From: Anaerolineales bacterium | GTDB taxonomy: Bacteria > Chloroflexota > Anaerolineae > Anaerolineales > UBA4823 | Length of the DNA stretch: 34,938 nt | Direction of reading: 5' to 3' | NCBI GenBank assembly: GCA_036393315.1 | Contig: DASWHG010000139.1 | Span: forward strand, 1-34,938 | Part shown: positions 1-8,976 of the stretch, piece by piece | Layout of the letters: each line of letters opens with the position of its first letter | How positions within the stretch are numbered: the stretch's first letter is position 1 | Notes under the pieces: model-generated | The model's input: the letters and a program-made list of their open reading frames with translations, nothing else | Databases searched by the model: none | Told to the model about the DNA's origin: nothing | Position numbers and translations under genes: made by a program

Positions 1-144
1 ACCTTGAGCGAGCTGTTGCACGAATGGGCTGCCCACGACCTGATGCACCTCGTCCAGGCAGAACGGGCCCTCATGCAGCCCTTCATTCAGGGCAGCGGCC
101 CCTGGCAAATTTACTTCCAGGATCACATCGTCCGGCCAAAGTAG
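1..144 (+). CDS. 3' end of a DinB-family (DinB_2-like) protein, truncated by the window edge
   Basis: Frame 1 is open from base 1 to TAG at 142-144. It is absent from the ORF track because it has no start in the window. Translation TLSELLHEWAAHDLMHLVQAERALMQPFIQGSGPWQIYFQDHIVRPK contains an H-x3-H ligand-style motif typical of the last helix of DinB/YfiT-like bundles. Confidence 0.45.
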   Translation, partial: TLSELLHEWAAHDLMHLVQAERALMQPFIQGSGPWQIYFQDHIVRPK

Positions 145-185
145 TGACCAAACCTCACAATCCGACAGAAAGGGGTTGAAGCCTG

Positions 186-1076
186 ATGAAATCCACCCAT
201 TCCCTTTGGGCAGACCTGCACGCGCCGGGAAGCGCCCCGGAGGAGACCACCTTCACCGTCATCGGCCTCCCTTACGATCTTTCCGCCAGCGCCCGGCAGG
301 GGGCATCCTTGGCCCCGCAGCGCATCCGGCACTGGTCCCACCACCTGACGCCCGTCACCGAGGACCGCACCCGGCTTTCAGGCCTCAGCGTGTGTGACCT
401 GGGCGATATCCCCTTCGAGGACCAGGGTTCAGGCTTCGAGCTGGCGCGTGAGAAGATCGCCGCGCTGCCTAACATCCCCATCCTGCTGGGCGGTGACCAC
501 TCGGTGACCATCCCGATTTTTCAGGCGCAGCGACTGCGCTACGCCAGCCAGCGACTGGGCGTGCTGTGGGTGGACGCCCATCCGGACCTGTGCGACGAGT
601 TCGCCGGATCTCGCTTCTCACACGCCTGCGTGCTACGCCGGGGGCTGGAAGCGGGCATCGAGCCGCGCGACGTATGCATGGTGGGGCTGCGGTCCTGGGA
701 GCTTGCGGAGCTCGAGCTGATCGAGAGCGGGCAGTTGAACGTCTACCCGATGCCGTTGGTCGCTGAAAAAGGCATGGCATCCATCGCCGGAGAGGTGCGC
801 CGGATCCTGTCCGGTTGTGACGCCGTCCACATCTCCCTGGATATCGACTGCCTCGATCCCGCCGCCGCGCCCGGCACCGGCATCCCGGATGCCGGCGGCC
901 TGACCATGCGGGAAGTGCTCACCTTGCTGAAGGCCATGCAAGGCCTGCCGCTGGCAGGCCTGGACCTGGTCGAAGTCGCGCCACCTTTGGATCCCTCGGA
1001 GGCCACGGTCTTCGCCGCGCTAAAAATCATCATGGAGTTCATAGGCGTGATCGCGCGTGCGACTTCTACGTTCTAA
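186..1076 (+). CDS. Agmatinase / arginase-family ureohydrolase
   Basis: 296 aa. Carries the Mn-ligand motifs of the arginase fold in order: GGDHSVTIPIF, WVDAHPDL, SLDIDCLDPAAAPGTG. N-terminal GLPYDLSASARQGASLAPQRIR resembles SpeB. AGGGG purine patch lies upstream of the ATG. Confidence 0.85.
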   Translation: MKSTHSLWADLHAPGSAPEETTFTVIGLPYDLSASARQGASLAPQRIRHWSHHLTPVTEDRTRLSGLSVCDLGDIPFEDQGSGFELAREKIAALPNIPILLGGDHSVTIPIFQAQRLRYASQRLGVLWVDAHPDLCDEFAGSRFSHACVLRRGLEAGIEPRDVCMVGLRSWELAELELIESGQLNVYPMPLVAEKGMASIAGEVRRILSGCDAVHISLDIDCLDPAAAPGTGIPDAGGLTMREVLTLLKAMQGLPLAGLDLVEVAPPLDPSEATVFAALKIIMEFIGVIARATSTF

Positions 1077-1113
1077 TTCCTTGCATAAAATGTAAGTACT
1101 GGCAGCGATTCAA

Positions 1114-1728
1114 TTGAATTCAGTGGGTAAACTGATTACGGTCGTCGGAAACTCAGGAGTCGGGAAGACCACCTTCACCCGGCAGCTCAGCCGGTATCTT
1201 CCTTTGATGCATGCACTGGAGCAGCACGCCGAACGGCCCTTCCAGGCCAGTTTTGCTTTTGATCTCCACAAGCTGGCGCTGCCTAACCAAGTGGATTACC
1301 TGCTTTTCCGAGCCGAACAAGAGCTGGACATCCGCAAGCGAGACGGGATCGGGATTCAAGATGGTGGTTTGGATGAAGATTTCCAGGTGTTCACCCGCCA
1401 CTTCTTCCGAAAGGGGTACCTCTCCGAACCCGAGTTTCGCCTATGCGAAAGGCTGTACGGACTCACCCGAGATCTCCTACCCCCACCCAACCTGGTCATC
1501 CACCTCACCGCTCCGCTGGAGGTCATCCGGGAACGGTTCGCCCGGCGGAACCGCTCCCTGGAGATCGCCCAGCTCCCCGACCTGCCTGACCTGGAGTTCC
1601 TGCTTCAGGACTGGGTCGCCGGGATCAGCCCGCTCACCTTGTTGACCGTAGATGCCGGCGAAGACGACCCGGATTACGACAACATCATCCCGCCGCTGTT
1701 GCCTCAAATCGAAACGATCCTCTTTTAA
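1114..1728 (+). CDS. Deoxynucleoside kinase family P-loop kinase
   Basis: 204 aa with N-terminal P-loop VVGNSGVGKTT and a LID-like Arg cluster RERFARRNRSLE (R-x-x-R-x-R-x-x-E). Size fits the dNK/dCK-dGK family. TTG start from the ORF track; GTG at 1123 is an alternative. Confidence 0.7.
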   Translation: MNSVGKLITVVGNSGVGKTTFTRQLSRYLPLMHALEQHAERPFQASFAFDLHKLALPNQVDYLLFRAEQELDIRKRDGIGIQDGGLDEDFQVFTRHFFRKGYLSEPEFRLCERLYGLTRDLLPPPNLVIHLTAPLEVIRERFARRNRSLEIAQLPDLPDLEFLLQDWVAGISPLTLLTVDAGEDDPDYDNIIPPLLPQIETILF

Positions 1729-1927
1729 TGTTACCTTATACTCGCTGGCGGTGCCACAACCATCGATGTCTACGTCCCGGGCGGTCTGGGCTGGTCGCCC
1801 GACGGCCGTTGACTGGCTCTCACGGCCGCGCTTGGGTTTTCCTGCGAGATCCACCTGGCCAGTCCGGATGGCCGCTAGTTTATTGGGTTCCTTAATCCAG
1901 GTATAATCAACTTTCCTGGTTTTTTTT

Positions 1928-1953
1928 CGCAGATTACGCAGATAAACGCAGAT
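1928..1953 (+). repeat. Three direct copies of the heptamer CGCAGAT (9-10 nt period), with an inverted copy at 2066..2072
   Basis: The sequence reads CGCAGATtaCGCAGATaaaCGCAGAT at 1928-1934, 1937-1943 and 1947-1953. ATCTGCG at 2066-2072 is the reverse complement. Confidence 0.8.
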
Positions 1954-1963
1954 TTGAGGCTCT

Positions 1964-2095
1964 ATGATGGAACAAAAAGATACCCAAACCTACGCAATCA
2001 TAGGGGCAGCCATGGAAGTGCACAATCAATTGGGGCATGGGTTCCTCGAAGGTGTGTATTGCGAAATCTGCGGATCGTTAGAGGTTGAGGCGTAA
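1964..2095 (+). pseudogene. Truncated GxxExxY-family (PD-(D/E)XK-like) gene fragment
   Basis: 43-codon ORF below the track cutoff: [43 protein letters not shown]. It matches the N-terminal ~33 aa of ~125-aa GxxExxY proteins (IIGAA-EVH--LG-G-LE-VY). Similarity ends at the inverted CGCAGAT copy. The surrounding region is locally AT-rich. Confidence 0.6.
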
Positions 2096-2138
2096 ATGGC
2101 GAAGTTAATGAATGACATTTTGATCAAATCAGGAGAAC

Positions 2139-2933
2139 GTGAACTTGGAAAGTACCGATTACGAATACAGAGGCCTGATGGCCACCTATTGGGACCTGCT
2201 GCGGGGTGATACCTCCCATTGGGCTGACCGGTTTTTCTATAAGGATATGATCCTGGTGAGTGGGGAGCCAGTCATGGATGTGGGTTGCGGTACCGGGCGG
2301 CTGCTGCTTGATTACCTGGCCGAAGGCATCGACATCGATGGCGTGGATAACTCGCCCGAAATGCTGGCCATCTGCCGGGAGAAGGCCGGCCAGCGCGGGC
2401 TGAATCCGGCTCTTTACCTGAAGGAGATGGCATCGCTGGACCTGCCTCGCAAGTACCGCACGATCCTCGTACCATCCAGCTCCTTCCAGCTGCTCGTCGA
2501 GCCCGACGCAGCAGAAGCGGCCTTGAAGCGCTTTTTCGACCATCTCGAGCCGGGCGGGATGCTGGTCATGTCCTTGATGATCCTTTGGACCGGTCCTGCA
2601 GAGGAGGAGATCGTCCGGGAAGACTGGAGTGTCGTCGCCGAAAAAACCAGGCCCGAGGACGGCGCGCTCGTCCGCCGCTGGGCTCGCTCGACGTACGATC
2701 TGCGCCAGCAGCTGGAGCATACGGAAGACCGGTACGAGCTGGTCAAGGACGGTGAAGTCGTCGCCTCGGAAGATCACGCCCGCTCCCCGGCGACTCGCTG
2801 GTACACCCAGGAGCAGGCCATCGCGCTGTACAAAAGAGCGGGGTTCACAGGGGTCCGCCTTAACAAGGAATTCACCCACGAACCTGCCTCGCCCGAGGAT
2901 ACCCTGTTTACGATTCGAGGGATCCGGCCGTAG
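2139..2933 (+). CDS. Class I SAM-dependent methyltransferase
   Basis: 264 aa with motif I VMDVGCGTGRLLLDY, followed by IDIDGVDNSPEML and the post-I/II pattern. AGGAG at 2131-2135. GTG 2139 sits very close to the SD, so in-frame TTG 2145 is an alternative start. Confidence 0.8.
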   Translation: MNLESTDYEYRGLMATYWDLLRGDTSHWADRFFYKDMILVSGEPVMDVGCGTGRLLLDYLAEGIDIDGVDNSPEMLAICREKAGQRGLNPALYLKEMASLDLPRKYRTILVPSSSFQLLVEPDAAEAALKRFFDHLEPGGMLVMSLMILWTGPAEEEIVREDWSVVAEKTRPEDGALVRRWARSTYDLRQQLEHTEDRYELVKDGEVVASEDHARSPATRWYTQEQAIALYKRAGFTGVRLNKEFTHEPASPEDTLFTIRGIRP

Positions 2934-2939
2934 CCTCTC

Positions 2940-3800
2940 GTGGGAACAGGATCCCTGCTCGTGCTTTCCCATTTCCAGGCTGCACCACTGCTCGAAGCCA
3001 GGCGAGCGGGTGAACTCTCTGCCCGGACCTCGCCTGACCTTGGTCTTAGCACTGTCACGGTCCAACTGGACCCGGAGCGCATCTCCTTCCCGGGTGGGGA
3101 GAGCCTTTCATGGGAAGAACTGGAAGCAATCGCCGCCGATAAGACCGCCTGCTACCAGGTCAGGAACGGAACGGCTGAAGTCATTGAGAAATTCTCAGAG
3201 AATTCGGGGCTTTATTTCGCCCTCATGCCAACAGAGTCTGCCCCAACCATGCTGATCTCAGGCATCCCGATGCACCGGATCAAGGATACCAATCCATACC
3301 AGGATACCCTGAGCAAGATCAAAGCGATTGCACCGCTGCACGGCCGCGTGCTGGATACGGCCACCGGCCTCGGCTATACGGCCATCCAGGCTGCAAAAAC
3401 GGCCGAACAGGTGGTCACGATCGAAATCGATCCGGTCGCACAGGAGATCGCCCGTTTTAACCCCTGGTCGCAGGAACTTTTCGAGAATCCAAGGATCAGG
3501 CAAATCATAGGAGACAGCTACGAGGAGATCGAACGTTTTGAAACCGGTTCCTTTTCTACCATCATCCACGATCCACCCGTTTTCAGCCTGGCCGGAGACC
3601 TTTACTCCGGGGCGTTTTACCGCCAGGCATTCCGGGTGCTGAAGCGCGGCGGGCGGATGTTTCACTACATCGGCGACCCGGAGAGCAAATCCGGGGCGCG
3701 CACCACCCGCGGCGTCGCCCGCCGCCTGCAGGAAGCCGGATTCGGCCGCGTGGTTCATAAACCCCGCGCCTTCGGGGTGTTGGCCTATAAAGATCGCTGA
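2940..3800 (+). CDS. SAM-dependent methyltransferase with a DPP[FY]-type motif IV (COG2521-like from memory)
   Basis: 286 aa with motif [17 protein letters not shown] and acidic loop VVTIEIDP. Motif [11 protein letters not shown] is typical of amino-group (N6-A/N4-C/m2G) methyltransferases. Start is uncertain (GTG 2940 or GTG 2961, no clear SD). Confidence 0.65.
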   Translation: MGTGSLLVLSHFQAAPLLEARRAGELSARTSPDLGLSTVTVQLDPERISFPGGESLSWEELEAIAADKTACYQVRNGTAEVIEKFSENSGLYFALMPTESAPTMLISGIPMHRIKDTNPYQDTLSKIKAIAPLHGRVLDTATGLGYTAIQAAKTAEQVVTIEIDPVAQEIARFNPWSQELFENPRIRQIIGDSYEEIERFETGSFSTIIHDPPVFSLAGDLYSGAFYRQAFRVLKRGGRMFHYIGDPESKSGARTTRGVARRLQEAGFGRVVHKPRAFGVLAYKDR

Positions 3801-3816
3801 TGGCGGTAAAGCGCTC

Positions 3817-4617
3817 CTATAATCCCCTCTCCGGACGGGTGAACCTTCTCTCGATCAACCAATCGATCAAGCCGGGGAAGAGCGAGTTCGCCCACACCCC
3901 CAATACCATCACCCACGGGAGCACGACCATCCGGCGCGGCCGGCGGACCACGCCAAACACTGCCCGGGCGACCTCCTCCGGAGCCAGTTTCAGCGAGGCC
4001 GGGGTCGTCGTCCTGGTCCTCAGCTTCGCGCCGGTGTGCTCGCCGAACTCCGTCTTCACCCCTCCGGGATAAACGACCGAGACGTCAATTCCGAATACGC
4101 CAACCTCTCGCCGGAGCGCTTCCGAGAAACCGCGCACCGCAAATTTCCCGGCTGCATAGATAGAGTAGGTGGGCGTCGCCACCAGGCCGGCCAGCGAGCC
4201 CATGTTGACGATGTGCCCGGATCGCCGTTCGATCATGTGCGGCAAGACCGCCCGGGTGGTCTGGATGACTCCGATGAGGTTGACCTGGAGTTGGGCTTCG
4301 ATATCCTTGACCGGATCCAGGTTCTCCAGCCAGGCCAGCCGGCCAAAACCGGCGTTGTTGAAAAGCACGTCGATCTGGCCATATTCGTCCAGCGCAGTTC
4401 CAACCAGGCTCTGGATATCCTCCAGTTTGGATACATCTGCCGCCACGGGCAACGCCTGGCCCCCCCTATCTTGAATGGCGCGGCTTAAGGCTTCCAGACG
4501 GTCAAGCCGGCGAGCTGCCAGCACCACCCGGTAGCCTTCCTCCCCGAACAAGCGCGCCGTGGCTTCGCCGATGCCGGAGGAGGCTCCGGTGACCAGGATA
4601 ACGGGAGGGTTCGGCAT
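3817..4617 (-). CDS. Short-chain dehydrogenase/reductase (classical SDR) with a hydrophobic C-terminal tail
   Basis: Cofactor motif VTGASSGIGEA, NNAG, catalytic Y-x3-K (YAAGKFAV). I moved the start from the track's 4707 to ATG 4617 (MPNPPVILVTGASSG), which is preceded by AAGGAA. The C-terminus VVLPWVMVLGVWANSLFPGLIDWLI looks membrane-associating. Confidence 0.85.
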   Translation of the reverse strand: MPNPPVILVTGASSGIGEATARLFGEEGYRVVLAARRLDRLEALSRAIQDRGGQALPVAADVSKLEDIQSLVGTALDEYGQIDVLFNNAGFGRLAWLENLDPVKDIEAQLQVNLIGVIQTTRAVLPHMIERRSGHIVNMGSLAGLVATPTYSIYAAGKFAVRGFSEALRREVGVFGIDVSVVYPGGVKTEFGEHTGAKLRTRTTTPASLKLAPEEVARAVFGVVRRPRRMVVLPWVMVLGVWANSLFPGLIDWLIERRFTRPERGL

Positions 4618-4830
4618 GTAGAATTCCTTTATTGACCGGTTGTTTGATGGTTCTTCGATCTCGATCCTTATCCAATTATCTCCCCTTTGGGATGAAGCGT
4701 CAACCACCGGGCTCCATCGACAGGGCCTGGTCGAACTCCACCGAGTGAATACATGCTGAAAACAGGTTGCACCTCGAGCGGGAAGCGGATAGAATTACTC
4801 AAGTAAGTCTTCAAAAACTGAGGAGGACGG

Positions 4831-6792
4831 ATGACCGATCCATTTTCCTTTGGCGGGGATATCGTCTGGCGTCCGACGCCGGACTACCTCGAGCAGGCTC
4901 ACCTGACCCAATTCATGCGCCTGCACGGGATCGCCGGTTTCGAAGAATTGATGCAGCGCTCCACCGTGGACATCGCCTGGTTCACCGAAGCCGTGCTTAA
5001 CTACCTGGACATCCAGTTTTACCAGCCCTTTTCTCAGGTTGTGGATCTATCGGATGGGATCGCCTGGCCGCGCTGGGTGGTAGACGGGAAGATGAACATC
5101 ACCCACAACTGTCTCGACAAATACATGGAGACCGAGGTCGCAGACCGCCTGGCGCTCATCTCGGAAAGAGAAAACGGTGAGGTCTGCACGTACACGTACC
5201 GGGAACTGTACCAGCAGGTCAACCAGCTGGCCAATGCACTGCGGGCGCTCGGCCTGGGGAAAGGCGATGCCATCGGCCTCTACATGCCGATGACGTGCGA
5301 GATCGTGGTGGCGATGATGGCGATCGCAAAGATCGGCGGCATCATTCTGCCCCTGTTCTCCGGCTATGGCCCGGGTGCCGTGGCAGCCCGCCTGGCAGAT
5401 GCAGATGCCAAAGCGCTCTTCACCGCGGACGGGTTCTTCCGCCGCGGCCAGCCTGTGCAGATGAAACCGGCAGCCGAAGCAGCGGCCGTGCAGGTCCCCA
5501 CCCTGAAGCACATCCTTGTCCTCCAAAAGGCTGGCCTCCCGGTAAAGATGGATCCCAACCGGGACCTGTGGTGGCACGAGATCATGGTTAGGCAGCCGGA
5601 GGAAGCGGAGACGGAAGTCACGAACGCTGAGGATGTCCTGATGGTTATCTACACCTCCGGGACCACCGGGAAGCCCAAAGGCGCCGTGCACACCCATGCC
5701 GGATTCCCGGTCAAAGCCGCCCAGGATATGGCCTTTGGGACCGACCTGCATCCCGGCCAGCTGTTGTACTGGATGACAGACATGGGCTGGATGATGGGGC
5801 CCTGGCTGGTTTTCGGGTCGCTGATCCTGGGAAGCACTTTCTTCCTTTACGACGGCGCGCCCGATTATCCCGGTCCGGACCGGCTGTGGGGGATGGTCGC
5901 CCGCCACCGGATCACAACCCTGGGGGTCTCTCCGACGCTGATCCGAGCCTTGATTCCGCATGGCGAGACGCCCTTCCGCCAGCACGACCTGTCCTCACTG
6001 CGCTCCTTCGCCTCGACGGGGGAACCCTGGAACCCGGACCCGTGGATGTGGCTGTTCGAGAAAGTGGGCGAACGCCGGCTCCCGATCATCAATTACTCGG
6101 GGGGCACGGAGATCTCCGGCGGCATCGTCATGGGAAACCCGATCCTGCCACTCAAGTCTTGCGCCTTCTCCGGCCCCTGCCCGGGCATGGCTGCCGACGT
6201 ATTCGACGAAGCCGGGCGCCCGGTCCGAAACCAGGTAGGCGAGCTGGTTATTAAAGCTCCCTGGATCGGGATGACGCGCGGCTTCTGGCGCGACCCAGAG
6301 CGCTACGAGGAGACCTATTGGTCGCGCTGGCCCGGTGTGTGGGTGCATGGAGACTTTGCTGCGATCGATTCAGACGGGCTTTGGTACATCCTGGGCAGAT
6401 CGGACGACACGCTCAAGATCGCCGGCAAACGACTTGGGCCGGCAGAAGTGGAATCTATCCTGGTCAGCCATCCCGCGGTCGTCGAGGCAGCCGCCGTCGG
6501 CGTCCCCCACGAGATCAAAGGCAGCGAGCTGGTCGTCTTTGCCGTCCTGGGACCGGACCATTCGGCCTCGGAAGACCTGCGCGGCGAGCTCCTGGATCTG
6601 ATCGTCGCGTCTCAAGGGAAAGCGCTGGCCCCCCGGGCGATCTTGTTCGTCAGCGACCTCCCCAAGACTCGTAATGCCAAGGTTATGCGCCGCATGATCC
6701 GGGCCGCCTACTTGGGACAGGATCCGGGGGACACCTCTTCGCTGGTCAATCCGGAGGCCGTAGAAGAGATTCATAAGGCCAGGCAAATTTGA
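4831..6792 (+). CDS. AMP-forming acyl-CoA synthetase (acetate--CoA ligase family)
   Basis: 653 aa. AMP-binding core YTSGTTGKPKG, hinge/A8 ILGRSDDTLKIAGKRLGPAEVE, A10 lysine LPKTRNAKVMRR. GAGGAGG SD lies upstream of the ATG. Confidence 0.85.
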   Translation: MTDPFSFGGDIVWRPTPDYLEQAHLTQFMRLHGIAGFEELMQRSTVDIAWFTEAVLNYLDIQFYQPFSQVVDLSDGIAWPRWVVDGKMNITHNCLDKYMETEVADRLALISERENGEVCTYTYRELYQQVNQLANALRALGLGKGDAIGLYMPMTCEIVVAMMAIAKIGGIILPLFSGYGPGAVAARLADADAKALFTADGFFRRGQPVQMKPAAEAAAVQVPTLKHILVLQKAGLPVKMDPNRDLWWHEIMVRQPEEAETEVTNAEDVLMVIYTSGTTGKPKGAVHTHAGFPVKAAQDMAFGTDLHPGQLLYWMTDMGWMMGPWLVFGSLILGSTFFLYDGAPDYPGPDRLWGMVARHRITTLGVSPTLIRALIPHGETPFRQHDLSSLRSFASTGEPWNPDPWMWLFEKVGERRLPIINYSGGTEISGGIVMGNPILPLKSCAFSGPCPGMAADVFDEAGRPVRNQVGELVIKAPWIGMTRGFWRDPERYEETYWSRWPGVWVHGDFAAIDSDGLWYILGRSDDTLKIAGKRLGPAEVESILVSHPAVVEAAAVGVPHEIKGSELVVFAVLGPDHSASEDLRGELLDLIVASQGKALAPRAILFVSDLPKTRNAKVMRRMIRAAYLGQDPGDTSSLVNPEAVEEIHKARQI

Positions 6793-6831
6793 TCATTGCA
6801 GAAAAAGTACGGCGCGAACGCCTGGCAAATG

Positions 6832-6840
6832 TGGGATAAT
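6832..6840 (+). promoter_or_regulatory. Candidate extended -10 promoter (TGgGATAAT)
   Basis: TG at 6832-6833, one spacer base, then GATAAT at 6835-6840, 43 nt upstream of ATG 6883. No good -35. Confidence 0.35.
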
Positions 6841-6882
6841 ATCTAGAACGGATCGCAATCTCGAACGTAGGACCGATATCAT

Positions 6883-7398
6883 ATGCCTTCCGCTCCACTC
6901 CACTCCCCTCACGAGTCAAATTTACTGCAGGCTTTGTATTTCCAGGGACAAAGCAACGACTGCGGGCCTTACACCACCGCCACGGTCCTGAAAGCGATCC
7001 GCGGGCTCGAACTGAACCCGGCTGAACTCGCCAGGCACATGGAAAAGCCCGTCTGGCGAGGGCCGCTCTTCGTCGTCCGGCGCGTCCCGAACTGGGCTAC
7101 CCTTCCCTGGGGGATCGCGGATGTGCTGAAGGAGTACGGCATGAGTGCAAGCTGGCGCTTCTTCGCCTCCCCAGAGAAAGTTTTCGCCGGGCTGGAAGCG
7201 GGAGATGTCGTCATGCCGGTCATCGGTTCCTGGAGACCGCTGTGGGCTCACGTCATGGCCCTGGTGGTTTGGGACCCTCAGCAAGGGTGGGGATTCGCCA
7301 ACACCCAGTATAATCACAACAACATTCACTGGCTTCCTGAGGAGATCTTCCAACGCCAGTGGCGGGCAATGGGCCGCCTGGTGGTGATTGCTCGTTGA
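6883..7398 (+). CDS. Papain-fold cysteine peptidase-like protein (peptidase C39-like domain)
   Basis: 171 aa. FQGQSNDCGPYTTATVLKAI (Gln then Cys-Gly-Pro nucleophile motif) and downstream WAHVMALVVWDP (His then Asp) follow the order of the C39-like catalytic residues. No signal peptide is obvious. Confidence 0.5.
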   Translation: MPSAPLHSPHESNLLQALYFQGQSNDCGPYTTATVLKAIRGLELNPAELARHMEKPVWRGPLFVVRRVPNWATLPWGIADVLKEYGMSASWRFFASPEKVFAGLEAGDVVMPVIGSWRPLWAHVMALVVWDPQQGWGFANTQYNHNNIHWLPEEIFQRQWRAMGRLVVIAR

Positions 7399-7432
7399 AT
7401 GATGAGGCCCAGGCGGCATACTGAGGTTCTGA

Positions 7433-7663
7433 ATGCCAATCTGGTGCCCGAATTGTAATGCAATGTTGCCGGAGGGGCTGGAAGAGTGCCCTCGCTGCGG
7501 CGCGCAGCTCAGTCCGTCCGGGAAAGGTGGGGAAGCGGATAACGATCGTTCACTGATTTTCTGGTTAAGCGCCTACACCATTGGGATCGTGTTGATTCCC
7601 ATCATAGCCGGCGTGGTGATCGGCCTGATCTGCATCCTTCTCTTCGTCGCAGGCCAGAGATGA
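7433..7663 (+). CDS. Zinc-ribbon membrane protein
   Basis: 76 aa. CPNC-x13-CPRC zinc ribbon at the N-terminus. The C-terminal hydrophobic stretch LIFWLSAYTIGIVLIPIIAGVVIGLICILLFVA could form 1-2 TM helices. Confidence 0.6.
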   Translation: MPIWCPNCNAMLPEGLEECPRCGAQLSPSGKGGEADNDRSLIFWLSAYTIGIVLIPIIAGVVIGLICILLFVAGQR

Positions 7664-7757
7664 AACGTTGTGGATGAGAACCTTCATCTAAAGTGGGGTG
7701 GGCTTCCATATTGTCAAATAAATTTCGGCCAATCGCCAAGATCCAAGGAGAAAAAGA

Positions 7758-8909
7758 ATGGATTTCGACCTGAGCGAAGAGCAGCGCATGTGGCGCAGCG
7801 CGGTTCACGAGTTCGTCTCCAGGGAGGTAAAGCCTTCGGCTCAGCACAGTGCGGAGGCGGGTGAATTCAACTGGACGGCGGTCCGGAAAATGGGGCCGCT
7901 GGGCATGTTGGGATTGAACGTCCCCGAACAATACGACGGGGCCGGGGTGGATGCGGTCAGCGCTGCCATTGCGATCGAAGAGCTCGGCTGGGCAGATGGC
8001 AGCCTGGGTTTAGCCATTGCGGCGCATAACGGCCTTGGCTGCGCCCCGATCGCACTTTTCGGCAGCGAAGCGCTGAAGAGCCGCTTTCTACCCCCAGCTG
8101 CCAGCGGGGAGGGACAACTGGCCGCCCTGGCGCTCACCGAGCCGGGAGCTGGTTCCGACCTGCGTGGCGGAGTGAGCACCCGCGCCGAAAGACAGGGTGA
8201 TGCATGGGTGATTAACGGCGCCAAGATGTGGTGCACGAATGCCAGCATTGCCGATTTCATCGTTACCCTGGTTCGAACGCAACCCGGGGACGGCTCCCGC
8301 TCCCTCAGCCTGATCGTCGTTCCCACGGATGTGCCCGGCCTGAACATCGGTCCCCCAGAGAAGAAGATGGGCCTCAGCGCTTCTCCTACCCACGCTGTCA
8401 CGTACGTGGATGTGCGGGTCCCCGCCGAATTCCTGGTCGGGGAAGAAGGACACGGCTTGAGCAATACGTTGGCTGTGCTGGATGGCGGGCGAATTGGGAT
8501 TGGCGCCCTCTCGGTCGGGCTGGCTCAGGCAGCCCTCGAAGAATCCGTTCGCTATGCCAAAGAGCGCCAGACCTTCGGCGTGCCGATCGCCGAACACCAG
8601 GCCATCCAGTGGATGCTGGCGGACGCGGCCACAGAGATCCAGGCTGCCCGGTGGATGGTCTACTATGCCGCCTGGTTGAAAGGGCATGGGCGCCCTTTCA
8701 CGGCCCAGGCGGCCATGGCCAAGCTGTTCGCATCCGAGATGGGAGAGAGGGTTTGCCGCAACGCCATCCAGATCCACGGCGGCTACGGCTACAGCCGCGA
8801 ATTTCCAGTGGAGCGCATCTACCGCGATGCCCGGTTGATGACGATCGGCGAAGGCACCAGCGAGATCCAGCGGCTGGTCATCGCCCGCCACTTGCTGCAG
8901 GAAAATTGA
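7758..8909 (+). CDS. Acyl-CoA dehydrogenase
   Basis: 383 aa. ALTEPGAGSD, the middle beta-domain, and C-terminal QIHGGYGYSREFPVERIYRDARLMTIGEGTSEIQ are hallmarks of short/medium-chain ACADs. AAGGAG SD. Confidence 0.9.
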   Translation: MDFDLSEEQRMWRSAVHEFVSREVKPSAQHSAEAGEFNWTAVRKMGPLGMLGLNVPEQYDGAGVDAVSAAIAIEELGWADGSLGLAIAAHNGLGCAPIALFGSEALKSRFLPPAASGEGQLAALALTEPGAGSDLRGGVSTRAERQGDAWVINGAKMWCTNASIADFIVTLVRTQPGDGSRSLSLIVVPTDVPGLNIGPPEKKMGLSASPTHAVTYVDVRVPAEFLVGEEGHGLSNTLAVLDGGRIGIGALSVGLAQAALEESVRYAKERQTFGVPIAEHQAIQWMLADAATEIQAARWMVYYAAWLKGHGRPFTAQAAMAKLFASEMGERVCRNAIQIHGGYGYSREFPVERIYRDARLMTIGEGTSEIQRLVIARHLLQEN

Positions 8910-8976
8910 GAGAATCTCCAGGAACGCGGGGACGACCTGGTATTAAATAAAGGGCAACGCCCGACCAGTAGCCCGG

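Noticed and set aside
2124-3065. 313-aa minus-strand ORF antisense to the first methyltransferase. The 208-aa +2-frame ORF at 2629..3255 belongs to the same group.
   Set aside because: The translations are Arg/Pro/Gly/Ser-rich low-complexity sequence with no motifs. The opposite or other frame carries clear SAM-MTase motifs. These are typical shadow ORFs of GC-rich DNA.
5047-5985. 312-aa ORF antisense to the acyl-CoA synthetase gene
   Set aside because: No recognisable motifs and biased composition. The plus-strand frame has the full AMP-binding signature set.
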